Positions 49,710 through 60,089 are shown, numbered from the stretch's first letter. The stretch: DNA of 64,000 bases from an uncultured Methanomassiliicoccales archaeon (GCA_942492955.1 OW818644.1:706327-770326); one strand, 5' to 3'. Notes: a model not told the origin generated them from the sequence alone. Program-made: numbers and translations.

Positions 49710-50660
49710 ATGCACATCCCTGACGGATTGATGTCCCCGGAGGTCCTGGTCCTAGGCTGGTTGATCGCGGTCCCCGCCATTGCGTTGGCGATATGGAAAT
49801 TGAACCGTGGGATGGACGAGCGGCTGATACCGTTCATGGCGGTTCTGGCCGGGGGCATTTTCATCGCTCAAATGCTGAACTTCCCGGTCGGGGGCGGAAC
49901 CACTGGACATTTGATCGGAGCGGCTCTTGCGGTCATCCTCCTGGGACCGGCGGCCGCCATGGTCGTGATCACAACGATCCTGATCATCCAATGTTTCGTC
50001 TTCGGTGACGGCGGCATCACCGCCCTTGGTCTGAACCTCTTGAACATGGCGGTGATCGCTCCGCTCATCACGTGGGCCGCTATGAGGACGTTCTCCGGCA
50101 GGTTCGAGAAGACAGGCATCGTCATCGGAGCGTGGCTCTCGGTCGTCATGGCTGCACTGGTGGCGGCGCTCGAGCTCTCGCTCAGCTACGAGCTGTCAGG
50201 CGGTGCATATGGCATCGCGCCGAACATTGCGGTCACGGCGATGCTCGGTTATCACATACTGATAGGCATAGGCGAGGCGACCATCACCGCTGGAGTCGTC
50301 CTGTATCTGGCCAAGGTCTCTCCCGGGACCCTCAGGTTCAGGCATGGTCTTGACGGCACCGCTCCGGTTGCCGCGAAGGGACTGGCCAAGGCCGCGTTCG
50401 GACTCATCCTGGCATTCTCGATCGGACTGGTCGGGTTCTTTGCCTTCTCCGCAGCGTACGGGGATGGATTGGAGGTCACCATGGAACAGGCAGGCCTGAA
50501 CGAAGTGGCCCCACTGTTCACGTCGGTAATGGATTACGGTGACAATTACGGCGCGGCGCTGGTCGCTGGGATAGTCGGGTTCGCCCTGACCGTTGGAGTG
50601 GTCCTTCTCTATTGGAGGGCCAGGGGACGATCCCGGGAGAATGACATCCCCCAGGCCTGA
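49710..50660 (+). CDS. ECF-type Ni/Co transporter substrate-capture component, CbiM/NikM fused to a CbiN/NikN-like PDGLE-type C-terminal module
   Basis: N-terminus MHIPDG (the metal-ligating Met1-His2 of CbiM/NikM). At 316 aa it is ~90 aa longer than plain CbiM. The extra part has two TM helices flanking AAYGDGLEVT (PDGLE-like). Confidence 0.8.
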   Translation: MHIPDGLMSPEVLVLGWLIAVPAIALAIWKLNRGMDERLIPFMAVLAGGIFIAQMLNFPVGGGTTGHLIGAALAVILLGPAAAMVVITTILIIQCFVFGDGGITALGLNLLNMAVIAPLITWAAMRTFSGRFEKTGIVIGAWLSVVMAALVAALELSLSYELSGGAYGIAPNIAVTAMLGYHILIGIGEATITAGVVLYLAKVSPGTLRFRHGLDGTAPVAAKGLAKAAFGLILAFSIGLVGFFAFSAAYGDGLEVTMEQAGLNEVAPLFTSVMDYGDNYGAALVAGIVGFALTVGVVLLYWRARGRSRENDIPQA

Positions 50661-50731
50661 GCCCGCAAACACTGGGACGGTCTCACGTCCGTCCAATTCC
50701 CTTATTCACCATCTACGATCGGAGGATCATC

Positions 50732-51466
50732 TTGTCCCATCACGATGAAATGGACCGGTTCGCAAAAGGCTCCAGGTTCTTCCTTTTCGATGCCAGGGTG
50801 AAGCTTGTTTCGACCGTGGCGCTAATCATAACGGCAGCCTTCTTGAGGGACCTCCAGTCGCTGCTAATCGTTCTGGCGTTCGCGATGCTGATGGTGCTTA
50901 TGGCCGCCGTGCCGCTGCATCACGTGGCCGAGAACTACCTGCTTGCGCTCCCCTTCATCGCGGTGACGTCGATTGCGCTCGCATTCACCTCCTCGCTTGT
51001 CAATGCGGAAATGATGTTCATCCGGGTCTCCGCCTCGGTCCTGGCGCTAATACTGGTGACCACCACGACGCCTTTCTTCGAGATGATGGCGGCGTTCCGG
51101 TGGTTCCGCATGCCTAGGTTATTGACGAACCTGATCCTGTTCACCTACCGGTTCATCTTCGTACTGCAGGACGAAGCAGCAAGGATGAGGTTGGCCCGTA
51201 AGGCGAGGGGTTTCTCCGGCGGTGCTCACCTCTTCGAGAAACAGGCGTTCCGGACATTGTCCAATAGTATCGGCATGATCTTCGTCCGTTCTAGCCAGAG
51301 AGGCTCCGACATGTACGATGCCTTGCTCATGAGGGGATACGACGGCGAGGTCAGGACCCTGAGGAGACCGAAGGTGCACATGAGGGACGGTTTCCTCGCC
51401 CTGGCATTCGGCCTGGTCTGCTTTACCTCGATAATCGTCCAGAACGGGGTGATCGCTTGGCGATGA
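50732..51466 (+). CDS. ECF transporter transmembrane (T) component, CbiQ/NikQ
   Basis: TTG start 5 nt after GGAGGA (50721..50726). Multi-TM protein with ARMRLARKARG, a CbiQ-type cytoplasmic-loop Arg motif. Confidence 0.8.
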   Translation: MSHHDEMDRFAKGSRFFLFDARVKLVSTVALIITAAFLRDLQSLLIVLAFAMLMVLMAAVPLHHVAENYLLALPFIAVTSIALAFTSSLVNAEMMFIRVSASVLALILVTTTTPFFEMMAAFRWFRMPRLLTNLILFTYRFIFVLQDEAARMRLARKARGFSGGAHLFEKQAFRTLSNSIGMIFVRSSQRGSDMYDALLMRGYDGEVRTLRRPKVHMRDGFLALAFGLVCFTSIIVQNGVIAWR

Positions 51467-52269
51467 TGAAGCTTGAGAACGTCATGTACCGGTATCCCGA
51501 GGCAGATATCGCCATCGAGAACATCGACCTCGTGATCGAGAAAGGCGAAAGGGTCGCATTGGTTGGACCGAACGGGGCAGGCAAGAGCACGCTGCTTCAC
51601 ATCATGGCCGGGCTTTTCGTCCCTTCCTCCGGCAAGGCATGGATAAACGAGGTGGAGCTAACCAAGAGGTCCGCATCGACCGCCCGAAAGGGTGTCGGAC
51701 TGCTCTTCCAGGACCCGGACGACCAGATCTTCATGCCGACGGTCTATGAGGACGTGACCTTCGGACCGATCAATATGGGACTGAAGGAAGATGAGGTGAA
51801 CCAGAGGGCGCGGAAGGCGATGGACCTGGCCGGGGTCGGTGGTTACGGCGACCGCGTGCCGCATCGCCTCTCCACCGGGGAGAAGAAAAGGGTGGCCATC
51901 GCCGGATTGCTGGCCATGTCGCCACCGACGCTACTTCTGGACGAGCCGACGGCTAACCTCGATCCGCAAGGCCGAAGGGACCTCGTGAAGGTCCTTGACT
52001 CATTGGACCAAACGATCGTGCTGGCCACCCACGACCTGTCGGTGGCGTTCGAGCTGACCGACCGGGTCATCGTGCTCAAGCGGAACAAGATATTCGACGG
52101 AGGATTCCAAACGCTGATCCACGACCAGGTTGTCCTGAAAGAGGCCAGCCTCGAGCTTCCCTCGTTCTCCAGACTGATGTCGAAGTGGGGTGAAAGGACC
52201 GGGATAGGGTTCGAACCGCCGTTGACCGTGGATGAGGCGTTGGATATCTTGGTACGAGAGAGAAAGTGA
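51463..52269 (+). CDS. ECF transporter ATPase, CbiO/NikO
   Basis: GPNGAGKST, LSTGEKKR and LLLDEPT. The ATG at 51463 overlaps the upstream TGA (ATGA). Confidence 0.9.
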   Translation: MMKLENVMYRYPEADIAIENIDLVIEKGERVALVGPNGAGKSTLLHIMAGLFVPSSGKAWINEVELTKRSASTARKGVGLLFQDPDDQIFMPTVYEDVTFGPINMGLKEDEVNQRARKAMDLAGVGGYGDRVPHRLSTGEKKRVAIAGLLAMSPPTLLLDEPTANLDPQGRRDLVKVLDSLDQTIVLATHDLSVAFELTDRVIVLKRNKIFDGGFQTLIHDQVVLKEASLELPSFSRLMSKWGERTGIGFEPPLTVDEALDILVRERK

Positions 52270-52278
52270 GCGGAACGT

Positions 52279-53070
52279 TCAACCACGAAGGCCGATCTTT
52301 ATGGCGGTCAGAAGATCCTCGAAAGTGGCTTTCTCCGGCATGATGTCGACCCTGTACCCCATGTCCTCCAGCATCTTCTTTGTCGGTTCGCCGATTGCCG
52401 CCACGACAGCGCAATCCAGCATGTCCTCGACCTCCTCGTCGGAATAGTGCTTCTTCGCTTCGTCGATGAACGATTTCGTCGACATTGAGCTGGTGAATGC
52501 GAACACGTCGATCTCACCCCTGATCCCTTTGTAGAACATGTCCAGCAACGGCCGGCCGGTCTTGACCTTGGTGAGGGTGTAGACCTCTATCTCCTGAACG
52601 GTTGCGCCCATGGCGCTGAGCCCCTTCATCAGGACATCAGAACCTTGATCTGACCGAAGGATCACGATCTGCTTCCCAGCTATGCCTTTCCTGGACAGAA
52701 GGTGGACCAGACCCTCCGAAGTGAATTTTTCTGGGAGGGTGTCCACTTTGATCCATTCGTTCTCCGCCGTTTTGGCAGTGACTGGACCGATGGCGATAAC
52801 CTGGATCTGACGCAGGCCCCGGCTTAGTTCCTCGACAAGACCATGCTTCTTCGCCAGTTCGAACGCCGATTTGACCGCCGTGGACGATGTCAGGACGACG
52901 ATATCGACATCGCCGTTGGCCAGACCTTGAAGGAACGTCGCGAACTCCGGCGTGTCCTTCGTCCTCAGCTCTATCGGTGAGGCGAAGACGGCATCGAAAC
53001 CCATGTTCTTGGCCAGCTCCAATGATTCCTCCATACGGTCCGCAGGCCGCAGGATCGCGACGGTGGTCAT
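52279..53070 (-). CDS. hemD: Uroporphyrinogen-III synthase
   Basis: 263 aa with two-lobed HemD-like repeats (VVLTSSTAVKSAF / FAFTSSMSTKSFI). It lies immediately downstream of hemC. Confidence 0.75.
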   Translation of the reverse strand: MTTVAILRPADRMEESLELAKNMGFDAVFASPIELRTKDTPEFATFLQGLANGDVDIVVLTSSTAVKSAFELAKKHGLVEELSRGLRQIQVIAIGPVTAKTAENEWIKVDTLPEKFTSEGLVHLLSRKGIAGKQIVILRSDQGSDVLMKGLSAMGATVQEIEVYTLTKVKTGRPLLDMFYKGIRGEIDVFAFTSSMSTKSFIDEAKKHYSDEEVEDMLDCAVVAAIGEPTKKMLEDMGYRVDIMPEKATFEDLLTAIKIGLRG

Positions 53071-53146
53071 GGGGTGACCTCGGTGTGATGGGTAATGGGG
53101 GATCGTTCAAGTGACATTACCCCGCTCGTTTTTTGACTGATCTTTA

Positions 53147-54013
53147 TCATCGGACCAAATCCCAACTGTATCTCAATTCCTTGGCGAACGAGTTCAAACC
53201 ATCCTCTAAGCTTACCAGTTCGATGTTCCGGTCTAGACGGAAGGAGGTCATCCCATCGTCATCCAGGACTATGGCGCGGACACGGATTTCATTCTCCTCG
53301 TTAGTTGCCCAGATCCCTATGGGAACAGAAATGTCGGTGCTCACGGCATTCAGCAGAAACCTTTCCGATTCCACGCATATCCTGGTGTCGTGATCGTCGA
53401 ATCCCGTTAGTGTTTTCCAGTGTCTGGAATTGGGACCGCACAGTATCGCTATTGCACCTTGTCCTGGGCTCGGAATGAACTGCTCAGGGTCCAGGATATA
53501 CGCTGGACAATCGATCTGGAGCAGTTCCATCCCTGCCCGTGACACGATGAAAGCATCCAATCCATTACCGATGTCCAGGCATCGGTTCGTCTCCTCCCTC
53601 ATGTCCTTCACACATAGGTCAGGCCTGAGGTTCAACAGCTGACTCTTCTGTCTTGCCGAAGAGATGCCGATGACAGAACCGGGCCTCATTCGTTCCAATG
53701 ACAATGCAGAGACCAGCACATCCTCTGCCGGCCCCCGGGGGAGGACGGCCGCGACCTGGGACCAGGCCGTTGGATCTAGCGGGATCTCGTCAACGGCGAC
53801 TGCCATCGCATCGATCTCGCCGGTTCCTATCTTTTCATGGAGCGTTGTGAATTCGTCCATCCTCTGCACAACGAAAGGTCCGTCTCTCTTCGAATCGTCA
53901 ACCGCAACGATCTTTAGTTCGACCGCTTCGGTCGCATGGTTATCGGACATGCGTTTCAGGACCTTGTTGACAATTGCCATCGAAGACCGGTTCGATCGGG
54001 TACCGAGGATCAT
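53147..54013 (-). CDS. hemC: Hydroxymethylbilane synthase (porphobilinogen deaminase)
   Basis: MILGTRSNRSSMAIVN (GTRxSxLA-like) and PSPGQGAIAI. ATGA overlap with hemL. Confidence 0.8.
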   Translation of the reverse strand: MILGTRSNRSSMAIVNKVLKRMSDNHATEAVELKIVAVDDSKRDGPFVVQRMDEFTTLHEKIGTGEIDAMAVAVDEIPLDPTAWSQVAAVLPRGPAEDVLVSALSLERMRPGSVIGISSARQKSQLLNLRPDLCVKDMREETNRCLDIGNGLDAFIVSRAGMELLQIDCPAYILDPEQFIPSPGQGAIAILCGPNSRHWKTLTGFDDHDTRICVESERFLLNAVSTDISVPIGIWATNEENEIRVRAIVLDDDGMTSFRLDRNIELVSLEDGLNSFAKELRYSWDLVR

Positions 54014-55200
54014 AGGACAGCCTCACCTAGCGAGACGAGGATGGCGTTCACCGCTTCATCGATATCATCTTCATTGTGCGCGGTCGAGATAAAGTTGGTC
54101 CCGTTCTGTGAAGGAGAGAAGAGAACTCCGTTCTCAAATGCGATATCCCAAACCTTCCTGTACAGGTTCCGCTCAGTTGCTCTCCTTCCACCGACGTCCA
54201 CGCCCATCGGGTCCAGGAACACCTGGAACATGGAACCTACCGTTGAGGCCTTGTACCGCACATGAAATTCGTTAAGGACCGCCTCGAGACCCCTGCCCAT
54301 CCTCTCTCCCATTTGATTCAGATGAACATGATCGGCCATACGTAAACGCCTCACGGTCTCCATGCCGGCGGCTATCGGGAACGGATCAATATTGGAGATA
54401 TCCGCTTCTGTCATCTTAGAGATCCTGGCGTCCATAAGGTCCTCCGATGCCCCGCAGATACCAATGGGATATCCCCCACCGGCTACCTTCCCCAATATGG
54501 TTATGTCCGGCCTTACGTGGTAATGCTCCTGTGCACCGCCCATCGCCAATCTGAATCCAGTCGTTCTCTCGTCGAATATCAGAAGGATGTCGTTGGCGTC
54601 GGCGATCTCCCGAAGCTGGTGCAGATAGTCTTCCTCCGGGACCATCGGTCCGGGAAAGCAGGGGACTGGCTGGAGTATTATTGCGGCGACCTCGTTCTTG
54701 ATCATCTCTCCGGTCATGCAATCCAGGTCATTGAAGGGAACCGAGACCATGTTCTCTATTTCTCCCTCATTCGGACAAGACTGTTCTGGGACTGCCCTGA
54801 CGATGACTTTTCGATCAGCATGCAAACGCGCTATCTCCATTGCTTGTGCCGTTGCCATGTCTCCTGATTCCATGAACAGCGTTCGCTCCATCGAGGGGAA
54901 TGCCTCGTGGATCATCCTGGAATAATTGGATATCAGCTCTTGTCTCTGCCCTATTTGAGCCGCCAGATTAGTATGATATTGGACCGCCTCTAAGAAATCC
55001 TTATCCTGATGACCCAGGACCAATGATCCGTTCGCCAAGCAGAAATCTAGGTACTCCTTCCCGTCGATGTCCTTGATCCTGGCATCACGCCCACTAATTA
55101 TTCGATCTGGATAACAGTTCTCACTGGAATATTCATTCGGTTTCGATGGGTCCGGATTAATGATTCCGAAATTCCTCTTGTAAATGATGTCTTTGTTCAA
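54010..55200 (-). CDS. hemL: Glutamate-1-semialdehyde 2,1-aminomutase-like class-III aminotransferase (divergent)
   Basis: DERTTGFRLAMGGAQ and ILGKVAGGGYPIGICGA (PLP-Lys block). Operon context with hemC-hemD. At 396 aa it is shorter and more divergent than typical HemL. Confidence 0.7.
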   Translation of the reverse strand: MNKDIIYKRNFGIINPDPSKPNEYSSENCYPDRIISGRDARIKDIDGKEYLDFCLANGSLVLGHQDKDFLEAVQYHTNLAAQIGQRQELISNYSRMIHEAFPSMERTLFMESGDMATAQAMEIARLHADRKVIVRAVPEQSCPNEGEIENMVSVPFNDLDCMTGEMIKNEVAAIILQPVPCFPGPMVPEEDYLHQLREIADANDILLIFDERTTGFRLAMGGAQEHYHVRPDITILGKVAGGGYPIGICGASEDLMDARISKMTEADISNIDPFPIAAGMETVRRLRMADHVHLNQMGERMGRGLEAVLNEFHVRYKASTVGSMFQVFLDPMGVDVGGRRATERNLYRKVWDIAFENGVLFSPSQNGTNFISTAHNEDDIDEAVNAILVSLGEAVL

Positions 55201-55573
55201 CGGAATCTCCTCACCGATCTACCATTACCCTATGTCGCAATAGAGGATGTTAGTTTGAATCTTCCCTACCAACGGTCCCCTACGAAGGAAGGGGCATCGG
55301 GATCGCGGATAGTGGTCCAACGATGAACGGTTTCCATTTATTTATTGCCAGGACGTTTAACGTATGACCAGATCGGAGCAATCGCTCATCTTGGTCATCG
55401 ATAGTCATAATCATCGAGCTTACCCAGCTGTGTCATTTTTTACCTTCTAATACGGTATATTATAGTAAATATCAGTATATAATTGTTATTACATTATATA
55501 TAATTGATTATGTCATAGTTAATAGTAAATGTTATATTTGTTAATAACATTCAAGCATTTGAGGAATTTGGAA

Positions 55574-56485
55574 ATGGCTCTCGGAAAAAGATCTGTGATT
55601 GTGATAGCAGTGGTTGCGATTGCGACAGTCCTGGTAGTAGCTGGAATTTCGGCAGTGTTGTCTTCGAATAACGCGAATGCTTCAACAAGCAAGATAAGAG
55701 TGGTCGCGGCTGAGAATTTTTGGGGGAGCCTGATCTCTCAGATCGGTGGAGATTATGTCGAGGTAACTTGCATTGTCTCTGACCCTAACGCTGATCCTCA
55801 TGAATACGAGAGCACGACCTCTGACGCCAAGGAGTTCGCAACGGCCAATTATATCATCATAAACGGAGCGGGATACGACTCATGGGCTGAGAATCTGATC
55901 AGTTCCGGTACCAGCTCAGGCTGCGTCGTCCTTAACGTGGGCGCCTTGATCGGCATATACGAAGGAGACAATCCTCATTTCTGGTACTCCCCCGGCTATG
56001 TGAATCTGGCAGTGAAGGAGATGAAGGATGACCTCACGACCATGAACCCAGGCCATTCGGAATATTTCGGTAGACAATACGCCAATCTCACTGCGTCCCT
56101 CCAAGAATATCAGAATATTTGTGCCGAGATCGCTGAAAAATACAACGGTACCGAGGTGGCTGGCAGTGCGGAGGTTGTGGAGTACATCGCGGATGCCGCA
56201 AACCTTAGCCTTGTCACCTCCACTGATTTCATGGAAGCCATCTGCGAGGGATATAACCCATCCGTGCAGAGCATAGTGGAGTTTCAGGAACAGCTCGAGA
56301 GCGGCAACGTGAAGGTACTGATTTACAGTTCTCAGACAGAAACGCCCATAACCGAGAACATGAGGACGCTAGCCATCGAAGAGGGCATTCCGATCGTAAC
56401 TGTTACGCATACCATGCCTTCCGGCATGACATTCCAGGAGTGGATGATCTCAGAATACGATAGTCTTGAGGCAGCTCTCAGTTAG
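55574..56485 (+). CDS. Metal (Zn/Mn-type, cluster A-I/TroA-ZnuA-like) ABC transporter substrate-binding protein
   Basis: I prefer the ATG at 55574 (SD GAGGA at 55561) to 55529. N-terminal TM anchor, then DPHEYE and NPHFWYSP motifs. Confidence 0.8.
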   Translation: MALGKRSVIVIAVVAIATVLVVAGISAVLSSNNANASTSKIRVVAAENFWGSLISQIGGDYVEVTCIVSDPNADPHEYESTTSDAKEFATANYIIINGAGYDSWAENLISSGTSSGCVVLNVGALIGIYEGDNPHFWYSPGYVNLAVKEMKDDLTTMNPGHSEYFGRQYANLTASLQEYQNICAEIAEKYNGTEVAGSAEVVEYIADAANLSLVTSTDFMEAICEGYNPSVQSIVEFQEQLESGNVKVLIYSSQTETPITENMRTLAIEEGIPIVTVTHTMPSGMTFQEWMISEYDSLEAALS

Positions 56486-56505
56486 TGCAGCGGAGAGGGA
56501 TCATC

Positions 56506-57300
56506 ATGGCATCTTCAGACATCATCGTGGCCAATGACCTGACGGTCGGGTTTCCAGGAAAGACCGTGTGGAAAGGGGCGAGCTTCAACATAGCTCGTGG
56601 CGAGTTCGTTGCTATCATTGGCCCGAATGGGGCGGGGAAGACGACCCTGATCCGGTTGCTTCTGGGTTTGCAGCAACATGCTGGAGGCAGCATCGCGGTA
56701 TTCGGCGCCCCACCCCGTCGTGGCAACGCTAGGATCGGTTACGTGCCGCAGAGGCATTCGATCGACGCCGAGGTGACGACCGAAGCCCTGGAACTAGTGC
56801 GACTGGGATTCTCCGGAGGACACTGGGGAATGAGCCTGTTTGCCAAGGACGACTATGAAGCAGCCTGGGAGGCATTGAAGGCCGCAGACGCTGAAGGATT
56901 GGCGCACCGCTCTCTGGGCGAACTATCAGGCGGAGAATTGCAGAGGGTGTTCCTCGCCGAAGCACTGGTGAGCGAACCGGACCTGCTGCTTTTGGACGAG
57001 CCCCTGTCGAACCTGGATATTCGTCGGGAACGTGAACTGGTACAACTTGTCGACAGAGTGGTCAGGTCGCGAAACGTTACAGCCCTTTTGATCGCCCATA
57101 ACATCAATCCACTCCTCCCGGTGCTGGACAAGGTGATCTATATGGCAAACGGAAGGATCAGGATCGGGACGCCGGAAGAGGTCTTAACTTCAGAATCACT
57201 GACAGAATTGTACCAGACTCCGATCGAGGTACTCCGTGACTCAAAGGGCAACATCGCCGTCATAGGCATCGAAGAGGACCCGCATCATTGCGAGTGCTGA
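56506..57300 (+). CDS. Metal ABC transporter ATP-binding protein (ZnuC-like)
   Basis: GPNGAGKTT, LSGGELQR and LLLDEP. The ATG at 56506 follows GGAGAGGGA. The ORF-track GTG is at 56485. Confidence 0.85.
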   Translation: MASSDIIVANDLTVGFPGKTVWKGASFNIARGEFVAIIGPNGAGKTTLIRLLLGLQQHAGGSIAVFGAPPRRGNARIGYVPQRHSIDAEVTTEALELVRLGFSGGHWGMSLFAKDDYEAAWEALKAADAEGLAHRSLGELSGGELQRVFLAEALVSEPDLLLLDEPLSNLDIRRERELVQLVDRVVRSRNVTALLIAHNINPLLPVLDKVIYMANGRIRIGTPEEVLTSESLTELYQTPIEVLRDSKGNIAVIGIEEDPHHCEC

Positions 57301-57305
57301 TCTCG

Positions 57306-58172
57306 ATGTCCTTCTCCATCAACATACTGGCAGATCTCCAGGAGATGTGGCAATACCCCTTCATGAGACACGCTTTCGAAACGGGGACGATCGTGGCCAT
57401 CGTAGCCGGGATCGTTGGCTATTTCGTAACATTGCGCCGTTCCTCATTCGCGGCGCACGCTCTTTCCCACGTCGGTTTCTCCGGGGCGGCAGCAGCCGTG
57501 CTCCTCGGGATCAATCCAGTCCTGGGTCTGCTGTTGTTCACAAGCTGTGGAGGAACGGCAATGGCCTTCCTTGGCCGACGTGCCGCCTCTCGCGATGTGC
57601 AGATAGGCACGGTCCTGTCGTTAATGCTGGGATTGGGGGTATTGTTCATCAGCCTCTACAACGGCTATGCATCCGCAGCATACTCCATCCTCTTTGGGCA
57701 GATACTTGGGATAAGCGGCGACGATGTGATCGTGACGCTGTTGGTCAGCCTTCTTATCCTGACCGTGGTCGCAATAGTGTACCGACCCCTCCTGTTCGCA
57801 TCACTTGATGAGGATGTGGCCGAGGCAAAGGGGCTGCCGATGCTTGGGCTCGGGATCGTGTTCATGCTCCTGGTTGCAGTGGCTGTATCGATCTCAGTGC
57901 AGGTGGTGGGGGTACTCCTGATATTCTCGCTGATGGTCACGCCGGCGGCCATAGCCCATCGATGGACGAAACGCCCGCAGATGGGAATAATGATCTCGAT
58001 GACCGTAGCCCTCATCGCCACTTGGACGGGGCTGTTCATGGCGTACTATCAACCGTATCCAGTGAGCTTTTTCATAACCAGCATCGTTTTCATCCTCTAT
58101 GCGACCACATTATTATTCCAGAGAATTTCCAGGAAGCTCAAATCGCATAGGCAAGGTGAGGTCTGCCATTGA
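57306..58172 (+). CDS. Metal ABC transporter permease (ZnuB-like)
   Basis: ABC-3-family multi-TM protein. ATG at 57306; the ORF-track TTG is at 57288. Confidence 0.8.
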   Translation: MSFSINILADLQEMWQYPFMRHAFETGTIVAIVAGIVGYFVTLRRSSFAAHALSHVGFSGAAAAVLLGINPVLGLLLFTSCGGTAMAFLGRRAASRDVQIGTVLSLMLGLGVLFISLYNGYASAAYSILFGQILGISGDDVIVTLLVSLLILTVVAIVYRPLLFASLDEDVAEAKGLPMLGLGIVFMLLVAVAVSISVQVVGVLLIFSLMVTPAAIAHRWTKRPQMGIMISMTVALIATWTGLFMAYYQPYPVSFFITSIVFILYATTLLFQRISRKLKSHRQGEVCH

Positions 58173-58219
58173 ACGACAGGGGGCGGAAACGATGAATGTT
58201 GAAAGAACAAGGATGAGGC

Positions 58220-59011
58220 TCACGATTTCTTGGGAATGGTGCCCAGGATCGTTATCTCATATGAACCGATCCGCTCGTCGAACCGTACCTCCGCTCGGAT
58301 GTTGAAGACCCTGGCCAGGTTCTCTGATGTCAGAACATCCCCAACCTGCCCGGCGGCGGCGATCTTACCCTCGTCCAGCGCTATCAGCTTATCGCAATAG
58401 CGGGCCGCCAGGTTAAGATCGTGCGAGACGATGATGACCAGCAATCCCTTCTCTTTCGCAAGTGAACGGATGAGCTCCATCAGCTCGAACTGGTGGTTTA
58501 TGTCCAGATGCAGGGTCGGCTCATCGAGCAACAGAGCCCTGGGCTCCTGTGCGAGCGCGCGGGCGATGATTACCCTCTGTCTCTCACCGCCGCTGATCTC
58601 GTCGATCGGCCTCGAAGCGAGATAAGTGACGCTGGTCGCCTCCATTGCGTCCATCGCGATCCTCAGATCGTCCTTGGACTCGTTGGCGAACCTCTCCAGC
58701 GAAGGGAACCGCCCCATAAGGACCATGTCCAGCACGGTGAACGGGAACGTGATGACGGTGTTCTGTGCGACCACGCCCACTTCCTTGGCGATGTCCTTGC
58801 GGGACATGGAGAGCGTGTCCTTGCCATCTATACTGACGATGCCGGAGCCGGGATGCAAGGCCAGGTTGATGCATTTGAGGAGCGTGGTCTTGCCGCAGCC
58901 GTTATGGCCGATTATGCCGATCACCTCGCCACCCTTGGCTTCAAAGGAGACGCCGTCCAAAACGGGTACGCTAGTGTAGTTAAACGTTACCCCGTCGACC
59001 TTAAGGTCCAA
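58220..59011 (-). CDS. Fe-siderophore/corrinoid/heme-type ABC transporter ATP-binding protein (FecE/BtuD-like)
   Basis: GHNGCGKTT, ISGGERQR and LLLDEPT. Confidence 0.85.
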   Translation of the reverse strand: MDLKVDGVTFNYTSVPVLDGVSFEAKGGEVIGIIGHNGCGKTTLLKCINLALHPGSGIVSIDGKDTLSMSRKDIAKEVGVVAQNTVITFPFTVLDMVLMGRFPSLERFANESKDDLRIAMDAMEATSVTYLASRPIDEISGGERQRVIIARALAQEPRALLLDEPTLHLDINHQFELMELIRSLAKEKGLLVIIVSHDLNLAARYCDKLIALDEGKIAAAGQVGDVLTSENLARVFNIRAEVRFDERIGSYEITILGTIPKKS

Positions 59012-59012
59012 C

Positions 59013-60089
59013 TCACCACCCCCATATGTCGCGCTTACGCGACCGCAAGAGCCAAAGGAAGAACGGCGCCCCTAACAGCGCTGTGATGATGCCGACCGGT
59101 AGCTCAGCCGGTGCCATGATGGTCCTGGCGATCGTGTCCATGGCGATCATGAAGGCGGCTCCGCCGACAATGGACGCTGGCATGAGGATGCGGTTGTCCG
59201 GACCTAGGATGATTCGCAGGGTGTGCGGAACAATGAGACCGACGAAGCCGATGACCCCGCTGACCGAGACGGCTGCGGCGGTCACCAACGACGACAGGAT
59301 CAGGATGATCAGCCGGGAGCGTCTGACGTTCACCCCGAGATTGGTGGCGTGTTCCTCACCGACCATCATCAGGTTGAGCTCCTTACTATAGAAGAGTAAA
59401 GCCGCTGAACCGATGACCACCAATGGCATCGTCACCCAAACCTGCGACCAGTTGCTATCCCATAGACCGCCCATCATCCAGTAAACGACGGCGCTGAGAT
59501 TGTCGCCAGAGAAATACTTCATCAGCGAGACCAGGGCGGTAAAGAGAGAGCCGACCGCTATGCCCGCCAGGAGCAAAGTTGTCACCGGGACGCCCATCTT
59601 GGTGGCGGAGATCCCGTAGACGATGAAGAGAGTGATGAAACAGAATATGAAGGCCATCGCCGGGACTGCGAAAGCGCCACTGATCACTGAGAATCCCAGT
59701 ACAATCGCCAATGATGCCCCGAACGCTGCGCCGGACGATAGTCCGAGAATGTAAGGTGAAGCCATCGGATTCCGGAAGATCCCCTGCATCGCCGTCCCGG
59801 CCACGGCAAGAGACGCACCGACCAAGGAGGCGATGAATATCCGAGGCAGGCGAATCTCAAGAACCACGGCGTTGATAGGGTTAGAAGCATGCTGACCGGT
59901 AATGACACGTAGGAAATCATTGGAGAATATAGCGGAAACAATTCGGTCCGGGGAAATGCTGGTTGAACCGATACCGATGGCCATTATGGCGATAGCGATC
60001 AACGCGAGCGCCAATGACACCATGGTGATCGCCCATCGATGAAGCTTATTGGCATGCATCTCCTCGATACCCTTCTGGTCCATCGTCAT
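59013..60089 (-). CDS. FecCD/BtuC-family ABC transporter permease
   Basis: 358 aa with about 9-10 TM helices. LRLPRIFIA and GAPFFLWLL blocks are typical of FecCD. Confidence 0.85.
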   Translation of the reverse strand: MTMDQKGIEEMHANKLHRWAITMVSLALALIAIAIMAIGIGSTSISPDRIVSAIFSNDFLRVITGQHASNPINAVVLEIRLPRIFIASLVGASLAVAGTAMQGIFRNPMASPYILGLSSGAAFGASLAIVLGFSVISGAFAVPAMAFIFCFITLFIVYGISATKMGVPVTTLLLAGIAVGSLFTALVSLMKYFSGDNLSAVVYWMMGGLWDSNWSQVWVTMPLVVIGSAALLFYSKELNLMMVGEEHATNLGVNVRRSRLIILILSSLVTAAAVSVSGVIGFVGLIVPHTLRIILGPDNRILMPASIVGGAAFMIAMDTIARTIMAPAELPVGIITALLGAPFFLWLLRSRKRDIWGW

